Shown here: positions 16,075 through 23,700 of the stretch, piece after piece | How the letters are laid out: each line of letters begins with the position of its first letter | How positions within the stretch are numbered: the first letter of the stretch is position 1 | Assembly (NCBI GenBank): GCA_963704755.1 | Contig: OY969938.1 | Location: 2,520,001-2,552,000 of the forward strand | Origin: an uncultured Chloroflexia bacterium | GTDB taxonomy: Bacteria > Chloroflexota > Anaerolineae > Anaerolineales > Anaerolineaceae | Direction of reading: 5' to 3' | DNA length: 32,000 nucleotides | Made by a program: the position numbers and the translations under genes | The notes under the pieces: generated by a model | The model's database searches: none | Seen by the model: only the letters and a program-made list of their open reading frames with translations | Told to the model about the DNA's origin: nothing

Positions 16075-16108
16075 TTGGCTCCGAGAAATTCTCGGAGCCA
16101 ATTTTTTT
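16075..16108 (+). terminator. Rho-independent terminator
   Basis: TTGGCTCCGAG-AAATT-CTCGGAGCCAA, a perfect 11-bp stem followed by TTTTTTT, 7 nt after the MTase-helicase stop. It also marks the switch from GC-rich to AT-rich DNA. Confidence 0.85.
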
Positions 16109-16219
16109 GTCACCGAATTGTTTTTCAGCGAGCAAATGCACATGGCTTGATGAGCAAAATTATCGCATCTTTCTCTACAAATAGCGGGCTAGCAAATCGG
16201 GTAAGATGAAGCTTCCATA

Positions 16220-16248
16220 TTGCTATTAATATATTCTCGACTTCTAAT
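16220..16248 (+). promoter_or_regulatory. Possible sigma70-type promoter for the HTH gene
   Basis: TTGCTA, 17 nt spacer, TCTAAT, located about 65 nt upstream of ATG 16312. This is a pattern match only. Confidence 0.25.
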
Positions 16249-16311
16249 GCACATAATTCGTCCCGCAAGGCTCAATCCTGGATGTCATAATCTGTTCCAA
16301 TAGGGACAATA

Positions 16312-16656
16312 ATGACACAGGAAAATGCCCAATGTTTCATCCAATGGCTGGACAAACAACTGGCGGATAATCGCTTAAACGATCATCAGTTAGCTCAAAA
16401 GGCGGGGATTTCACATTCGGTGATCAGCAAAGCCCGAAAAGGGATTTTGCCCAAGTGGGATGCCTGTGTTTCTATTGCACGGGCTTTAAACGTCGACCCT
16501 ATACAAATTTTCCGTATTGCAGGTTTACTCCAAAATCCGCCAGAATTGGATCCCAATTTCGAAGCGTTGAAATTTTCTTATGGTAAGTTATCACCAAAGT
16601 TTCAAAAAATAGTGATTCGTATAATTCAGATGCTCTCAGAAGAAACCTCCGATTAG
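16312..16656 (+). CDS. XRE/cI-type helix-turn-helix transcriptional regulator
   Basis: HTH_3-like core LNDHQLAQKAGISHSVISKARKGILPKWDACVSIARALNVDPIQIF. AGGGA RBS. Confidence 0.8.
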   Translation: MTQENAQCFIQWLDKQLADNRLNDHQLAQKAGISHSVISKARKGILPKWDACVSIARALNVDPIQIFRIAGLLQNPPELDPNFEALKFSYGKLSPKFQKIVIRIIQMLSEETSD

Positions 16657-16735
16657 ATCCTTTTTATCACCGCTAATTTCGGTCAGGAAAACGCTTCGAA
16701 ATAGATATACCCAATAAATAATCCAATAGGTGCAA

Positions 16736-16778
16736 ATTGCGGAAATCCGCAATAAGCTCGGAAATACAGCGGATTCCC
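16736..16778. promoter_or_regulatory. Operator-like palindromes with recurring GCGGA(A/T)T half-sites
   Basis: Perfect palindrome ATTGCGGA-AA-TCCGCAAT (16736-16753). It overlaps a second inverted repeat GGAAATCCGC ... GCGGATTCCC (16741-16750 and 16769-16778). ATGCGGAAAATG follows downstream. The sites lie between the HTH and response-regulator genes. Confidence 0.3.
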
Positions 16779-16948
16779 GAAGAATTCATGCGGAAAATGT
16801 CAGTATTCAACAAGTTTGGTTAGGTCTATACTTGCCAAAACAAACCAATAAATTACCAAACATAGTCTAAACATATTTCCTCTATCGCAGGGAAAGGGCA
16901 ATCAGAAAACAGCCGTTCCCTGAATAAATACTTTAAGAAAGGTGCTTT

Positions 16949-17593
16949 TTGGATTCGACCGTGCGAACAAATATCTTACTTGTCGACAATCATCCCCTTA
17001 TCTTAATCGGAATCCGATACCAACTTACTTCTTTTCCTGAATTTAATATCGTAGGAGAAGGTATTTCCCGCGAAGAAGTTCTACAAAAGGTCAATGAACT
17101 CGATGTCGATCTTGTAATAATTGGCCTCAATTTGCCCGGTGTCAATATCATTGACCTGATTAAAACAATCAAATGTATTCATCCGAGAATAAAAATTGTT
17201 ATTCTTTCTGCTTGTCGAGATCGAAGCACAATTATTGGATTGTTTACCGCTGGCATTGATGGTTATGTACTAAAAGATGAAGAAGCGGGTAATTTAGTAG
17301 ATGCCATCCATGCTGTACAAAATGGAAAAGATTGGCTGAGTCCAAGCATTGCTTCGCTTATTTTGGGGCGTTTCAAAAATGCTCGCACAAACCCAGGTTC
17401 AAATCAACTAACTGAAAAGGAACAACAACTGATCCACTTCTTTGCGGAAGGATTGACCACAATTGAAATATCTAGCCACATGAATTTGTCAGTTCGAGCT
17501 GTCGAAATGAGAATCACAAACCTCTACAAAAAAATTGGTTTGCGATCGCGGGCCAGTGTTGTTTATTGGGCCAAAGAAAATGGGATTCTTTAG
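16949..17593 (+). CDS. NarL/FixJ-family response regulator (REC plus LuxR-type HTH) with a degenerate receiver
   Basis: The REC fold is readable (ILLVDNHPLILIGI ... KIVILSAC ... GIDGYVLKD). The LuxR HTH is LTEKEQQLIHFFAEGLTTIEISSHMNLSVRAVEMRITNLYKKIGL. The expected phospho-acceptor context ..DLNMPG reads IIGLNLPG. The start is TTG 16949 or GTG 16961. Confidence 0.85.
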   Translation: MDSTVRTNILLVDNHPLILIGIRYQLTSFPEFNIVGEGISREEVLQKVNELDVDLVIIGLNLPGVNIIDLIKTIKCIHPRIKIVILSACRDRSTIIGLFTAGIDGYVLKDEEAGNLVDAIHAVQNGKDWLSPSIASLILGRFKNARTNPGSNQLTEKEQQLIHFFAEGLTTIEISSHMNLSVRAVEMRITNLYKKIGLRSRASVVYWAKENGIL

Positions 17594-17652
17594 ATTTTCC
17601 CGATCCAACAAATAGCTGACCATACCACCAAATTTATACAAGGGGCGTCAAA

Positions 17653-17913
17653 GTGCTTACAGGGGAAGAGAACGTTATTTCGGGTGGCAAATTACTAAAC
17701 GAAGGGGGATATTCGACCTCAATATTTGACCAAGAGATCAAGAATTTATCTCCATCAGACCAGGAAAAGGTGCGTGAGTTCTGCTTCGAATTGGCAATCG
17801 CTTTACGAAGGATAACCGGAATGAAGATCGATAAAGGACTCGAAACATTGCCGGAAATGATCCGCGAAGCGGTAGAAAATGCCAATGGAATTGAATCTAC
17901 CGACCAATCCTGA
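17653..17913 (+). CDS. Hypothetical small protein (86 aa, GTG start) overlapping the recombinase start
   Basis: The only support is an open frame on the same strand with a 35-nt overlap with the recombinase gene. No motif recognised. Confidence 0.35.
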   Translation: MLTGEENVISGGKLLNEGGYSTSIFDQEIKNLSPSDQEKVREFCFELAIALRRITGMKIDKGLETLPEMIREAVENANGIESTDQS

Positions 17914-19681
17914 CGAACTCAAGAATAAAATCCAAACCTTTCTTGGCGACATCGCGCGAAACCCCGGCCAGGAGATAGCCGGAATTTACACCCGGCTTTC
18001 GCGTATTGATCCGCATCACTACGGCTATTCGCTAGAAATTCAGCCGGATCGCTCTGAGGAATATGCCAAATCAAAGGGATGGCGCGTTTATGCTGTCTAT
18101 GAAGATCCGGCCAGAACTGGGCGTAACAGCCGGCGGCCGGGATTGCAGCAAATGCTTCAAGATGTACGTGCTGGGAGAATCACTGTAATCGTGGTGCACC
18201 GCCTGGATCGTCTATACCGCAATTTAGAATCACTACTGCGGTTTTTGAAGCTGATCAAGCGTTACAAGGTGCGCCTTGTATCTGTAACCGAACAGATCGA
18301 TACAGATAACTGGTGGGGGCGCCTGGTGCTTTACGTATTAGGCGCCTTAGCCGAAATGTACATCTGGCAAGCCTCCGCACGTACCCGGGAAGCAAAGTTG
18401 GAACGGGTCATGAAGGGCCTTTCGAATGCCTCATACCGCTTTGGATATTGCAACGGGTTATGCTCCACCTGTACCGACCCTAACGGAAAGGGTTATTGTC
18501 CCCGTTATGGGCAAAGCGACCGACAAGAAAGTGAACGTGGGCGTATCCCGGTACCACATCCAATCGAATCGCATGCCGTGCGATTGATCATAAAAAAGTA
18601 CAGCCAAGGCAACAGCGACCTGGATGTCGCCACTTTGTTGAACGAGAATTACTTTCGCCTTCCGGATCAAACCGAGGTCCATTTCCGCACAAAAGGTCGA
18701 CCAGGCAGTGTTCCACCTGGTCCCTTCAGTCGAGACAACGTGCGCGAAATCGTTCGCAGCCCGTATTATGTCGGCCTGGTCGCCCATTACCCTACCCGTC
18801 CTCTTGACATGGAAGATGACCCAGAAGATCCACGAAAAAAATCGATATCGCTGCCACTGGCTAACAAGCGTACTCCCCAACAGCTCGTCAAAGGTGTTCA
18901 CAAGCCTATCTATTCAAAATCGTTGTGGGAGTCAAATTTGCAGCTTCGGGAGGCCAAATCGAATATGAAATCCGGAACCCATAAACCGCGGGCCGAATAC
19001 CTGCTCACCGGCCTCGGGCGCTGCTGGGTATGTTATCAACATGGACAGTTGAAAGCCGGCTTGTGCGGTGTTCGTGGTGGTAGCGGCTTGGCTTATTATC
19101 GCTGTGCAACGATACGAGATAAAGTGAAAAGCAGTGGAGTAAAAGACACGGCAAAGGAATCCGACCTCAAGATCCAATCAGTTGAACCCGACGATAGGTG
19201 GGAGCATTTGCTGGATGAACATACCAACAATTGGAAAGCAGAGGTTGTAGAAGGCCAGATCGATCGACTGATGAGTCAATTGTTCATCCCTGAAAAATGG
19301 TATGACATGATCTATGCATATTACCTAAACGACAACGGCCTGGCCGAGTTCGAACGTGAGACATATAACCTGAGCCAGGAATTAGAACGACTACAGAAAT
19401 TGTATCTCAATGGATTTTTGAGCCAGGGGCAATTCGAAGAAAGAGCTCTTGAAATCACCACTTTGCTACAGGTTCAACAGCCTTCAGCGCAACCTGAGGT
19501 TAAGGAGATTCCCCCATTACTGCGCGATTTCAATGCCCTATGGAAATCCTTGAAATTGTGCGAGAAGAAAGCTTTACTGAGAGTGATGTTCGTGGCGATA
19601 TACTTTGATCAGGATGGGAAAATTAGAAAAATTTTAGGGAATAAACCTTTTGATCAGTTGGCCGATTTATATATTTCATAA
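17879..19681 (+). CDS. Large serine recombinase (phage-integrase / TnpX-type)
   Basis: N-terminal resolvase catalytic domain (IAGIYTRLSRID...YSLEIQ ... VIVVHRLDRLYRN ... GALAEMY). Recombinase domain and zinc-ribbon-like CWVCYQHG...YYRCAT follow, then a C-terminal coiled-coil. 600 aa. Confidence 0.9.
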   Translation: MPMELNLPTNPDELKNKIQTFLGDIARNPGQEIAGIYTRLSRIDPHHYGYSLEIQPDRSEEYAKSKGWRVYAVYEDPARTGRNSRRPGLQQMLQDVRAGRITVIVVHRLDRLYRNLESLLRFLKLIKRYKVRLVSVTEQIDTDNWWGRLVLYVLGALAEMYIWQASARTREAKLERVMKGLSNASYRFGYCNGLCSTCTDPNGKGYCPRYGQSDRQESERGRIPVPHPIESHAVRLIIKKYSQGNSDLDVATLLNENYFRLPDQTEVHFRTKGRPGSVPPGPFSRDNVREIVRSPYYVGLVAHYPTRPLDMEDDPEDPRKKSISLPLANKRTPQQLVKGVHKPIYSKSLWESNLQLREAKSNMKSGTHKPRAEYLLTGLGRCWVCYQHGQLKAGLCGVRGGSGLAYYRCATIRDKVKSSGVKDTAKESDLKIQSVEPDDRWEHLLDEHTNNWKAEVVEGQIDRLMSQLFIPEKWYDMIYAYYLNDNGLAEFERETYNLSQELERLQKLYLNGFLSQGQFEERALEITTLLQVQQPSAQPEVKEIPPLLRDFNALWKSLKLCEKKALLRVMFVAIYFDQDGKIRKILGNKPFDQLADLYIS

Positions 19682-20712
19682 CATTAAAAGTTTACAGAGA
19701 TTTAACATCCATATCGATATAATGGTCGATGATTAGCCATTCAACACATCAATAAAATAAGACGTCTTACTGAAAGGGTGGGCATTCTCGATTGAATAAA
19801 AATTACAGTGTTCCCATTTAGGAATGGGATCCATTAATGAGAAATTTTTGGAACCGAGTGATAACTCTGTTTAACCTGACTGCAAAAAATAAAAGAATAA
19901 AAAAAGCGCCGGGGTTGACTCATAAAATTTTGTCTGAATGTTGTGTGTTTTTACTTATTGCATGTATTCCCGAAACCCCTACTGTGACCACTCGCGTGAA
20001 TTCCGTTGATACTAATGTTCCCGAACCCAAGTCGATTGTAAAGGTCTTTTTACCCGGCAATATTCCTGTTTTTATGTCTACAAATTAGCTAAATTGCCTT
20101 GACCCTCAATTACTCGAGGGAGCGCTGGATGATAATAAAAGCAGCCTGCAGCATACAATAGTTTGAAAAGCAGAAAACGAAAGCAAAATGAATTAATCGC
20201 ATCTATCCTAAACAATAGGAAAGGAGCGTGGGGGAGTTCTTCACGTCTTGACACCTTCGAATCAACAGACGTAGGTGGAGCAACTGGCGAATTGGACTAC
20301 AGCCCCCCTGAAAGTATGTCGAGCAACTCGGAATTCGTAATCACCTGGCAGCAAGGAGGACAAAGCTACCAGATCTAATTTATTTCCTCATATATTTCCA
20401 ATGAGGAGGTTTTAGAGATAGTTGAGGGTTTCAGAAATATTGATCCATGATTTTTTAGGAAAATATTTGATTCCCATCAATAATGCCGTTGCTAATCCAA
20501 TGAATTTTTCGTGAACAACTCTTATGACTTCAACAAGTTAGAATAATGTATTATTTTCTAATAAAGCAAATCACAGAAGGACTATTTATTTATCGATAAT
20601 TTGATCCATACTGCAATGTTTTGCCCGCTGAATTATTATTTCACTGTAAAGTATCTTTAGAAGCAGTTGTAGTGAACAACTAAACAATCAATAGGAATAA
20701 ATATCGAAAGTA

Positions 20713-20744
20713 AAAAACTACCTACAACTCAACTGGTAGTTTTT
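20713..20744 (-). terminator. Bidirectional terminator hairpin just beyond the trailer end of the CRISPR array
   Basis: AAAAACTACC (20713-20722) and GGTAGTTTTT (20735-20744) form a perfect 10-bp inverted repeat. On the minus strand it sits 35 nt past the last degenerate repeat and is followed by a T-run. Confidence 0.55.
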
Positions 20745-20779
20745 CACTTTCAAATTGTTGTTTGTTAGGTTCAGTTTGG

Positions 20780-23700
20780 TGTGGTGTCCACGCTCCTCGT
20801 GGGGGGAGCGACTAGGCACCTCTGCTGGTAAGGTTATTGTTGGAATGTTTCAATCGTCGCTCCCCGTGGGGGGGGAGCGACCAAACAGCAGACCAACGAA
20901 TTTATTTTAGACACGGGTTTCAATCCACGCTCCCCGTGTGGGGAGCGACATCTCGCGCCGTTCGGCATCAATCCCCGATCCCGAGTTTCAATCCACGCTC
21001 CCCGTGTGGGGAGCGACCTGCCGCTTTCGAGGTTCCGTGCAGCCCTCCGATGTTTCAATCCACGCTCCCCGTGTGGGGAGCGACGTTACCCCCCTTCCAC
21101 TTTCCAGCTTCGGCTGTAGTTTCAATCCACGCTCCCCGTGTGGGGAGCGACTCTTCTAACGAAACAAATTTTTATAGATGTAATTATGTTTCAATCCACG
21201 CTCCCCGTGTGGGGAGCGACGATTTACCTCATCCCATGCCCGGCAAAGATCAATGTTTCAATCCACGCTCCCCGTGTGGGGAGCGACCACACCTCCATTA
21301 CGAGGATCGTAGACCCCAACACGTTTCAATCCACGCTCCCCGTGTGGGGAGCGACTTCTTTGGTCATAGATAAGGTATGCTTCCATTGGTTTCAATCCAC
21401 GCTCCCCGTGTGGGGAGCGACTTTGGGGGGAGCCTGTCTTACAAACCCACGACAAGTTTCAATCCACGCTCCCCGTGTGGGGAGCGACTAATCTAATCTA
21501 CATATTCGTACACGATTGTACCGTTTCAATCCACGCTCCCCGTGTGGGGAGCGACGGTTAATGGCAATCGTTCCATCATTGCAAAATTTGTTTCAATCCA
21601 CGCTCCCCGTGTGGGGAGCGACGTGGTCTCATCCGTGTAAAGGCTGGCCACTATCGGGGGTTTCAATCCACGCTCCCCGTGTGGGGAGCGACCACAGAGC
21701 CGACTTCGGCAGGTCTTTATGATTCTGTTTCAATCCACGCTCCCCGTGTGGGGAGCGACGTTCATGGTCGTGATGCCGTAAATCATATTTTCGGTTTCAA
21801 TCCACGCTCCTCGTGTGGGGAGCGACCGTGGTAACCCCCGCCAGTTCCGATTCTTACTCCATAAAAGTTTCAATCCACGCTCCCCGTGTGGGGAGCGACG
21901 GTTAATGGCAATCGTTCCATCATTGCAAAATTTGTTTCAATCCACGCTCCCCGTGTGGGGAGCGACCAGGTCTGGCAGGATGCGCGCCGGACCGCACAAG
22001 TTTCAATCCACGCTCCCCGTGTGGGGAGCGACTTCCACTTCTCAGATGTCCATCAATTAGACAGGTGTTTCAATCCACGCTCCCCGTGTGGGGAGCGACG
22101 GGAAGAGTAATACCAATCGCGGGCGGATTTGTAGTTTCAATCCACGCTCCCCGTGTGGGGAGCGACTCGACGTGAGAGCATATGTTATCAATGCACATCA
22201 GTTTCAATCCACGCTCCCCGTGTGGGGAGCGACTTCATCGTAATTCCACCTTTCCTAACTCGAAATAGTTTCAATCCACGCTCCCCGTGTGGGGAGCGAC
22301 CCAGTTCTGCGCCGCTTATGGCCCCATGTGCGGCCAGTTTCAATCCACGCTCCCCGTGTGGGGAGCGACCTGTATCCCATCCACCCCTTTTTTGATTACG
22401 CGCTGTTTCAATCCACGCTCCCCGTGTGGGGAGCGACGCCGGTGCGCCCGCCCATCCGCCTTGACCAAACCGGTTTCAATCCACGCTCCCCGTGTGGGGA
22501 GCGACAGACGATCGCGGAGCTTGTCATACGCGCATTTGTTTCAATCCACGCTCCCCGTGTGGGGAGCGACACCCAGGGCTGCAAATGATGGTCGAGCGGA
22601 TAATGTTTCAATCCACGCTCCCCGTGTGGGGAGCGACAGACGATCGCGGAGCTTGTCATACGCGCATTTGTTTCAATTCACGCTCCCCGTGTGGGGAGCG
22701 ACACCCAGGGCTGCAAATGATGGTCGAGCGGATAATGTTTCAATCCACGCTCCCCGTGTGGGGAGCGACCGAAAAGATGAGGCAGACCGCGCTTTATCTC
22801 TCTGTTTCAATCCACGCTCCCCGTGTGGGGAGCGACACCCGGCCCATCCCTATATCAGACCGGCTTTCAAGTTTCAATCCACGCTCCCCGTGTGGGGAGC
22901 GACGTTCGGCTCTCCAGAACCCTACTTTGACGTTGGTCGAGTTTCAATCCACGCTCCCCGTGTGGGGAGCGACAGGTTGTCGTACGCGGTTACAGTGGTG
23001 TCGTTGTTTCAATCCACGCTCCCCGTGTGGGGAGCGACGGGCAGTCGTCATCAAAGTGATTGTAATGGCGATGTTTCAATCCACGCTCCCCGTGTGGGGA
23101 GCGACATCACGGGTTCGAGACTTTCAATCTTATCAAATGTTTCAATCCACGCTCCCCGTGTGGGGAGCGACCTGCACGACAAGCCAGAATTACCACTACT
23201 TGAGGTTTCAATCCACGCTCCCCGTGTGGGGAGCGACTATATCGGGCGCAAACTCGCCACGGATTTGCAAGTTTCAATCCACGCTCCCCGTGTGGGGAGC
23301 GACTTTTCGTCATCGTGGTCAACGAAATCATCCACGATGTTTCAATCCACGCTCCCCGTGTGGGGAGCGACTTATATTTACGCCGGGTCGGGGATGCCGA
23401 TCTTGTTTCAATCCACGCTCCCCGTGTGGGGAGCGACACCGTATCCTCCGCGCCATCAGGTAACAATTTGATTGTTTCAATCCACGCTCCCCGTGTGGGG
23501 AGCGACAGCGGTCGCCGGCATGCATAACGTCTCAAACTGGTTTCAATCCACGCTCCCCGTGTGGGGAGCGACACCGGCGCCCAAAGCACGCACACCGCGT
23601 AAGAAAGTTTCAATCCACGCTCCCCGTGTGGGGAGCGACCAGGGAAAGCCCGACGCCGAAAACCGCGGCCAGGTTTCAATCCACGCTCCCCGTGTGGGGA

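Larger units (their letters stand above)
1..19681. mobile_element. Putative integrative mobile element (phage- or ICE-like), partial; left end outside the window, right end only approximate
   Basis: Co-linear plus-strand module of recombination, replication and anti-restriction genes (Rad52-like, SSB, RadC, DnaN, MTase-helicase). It ends with an HTH regulator and a large serine recombinase gene. Foreign low-GC cargo is inserted in it. No att sites could be identified by eye. Confidence 0.45.
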
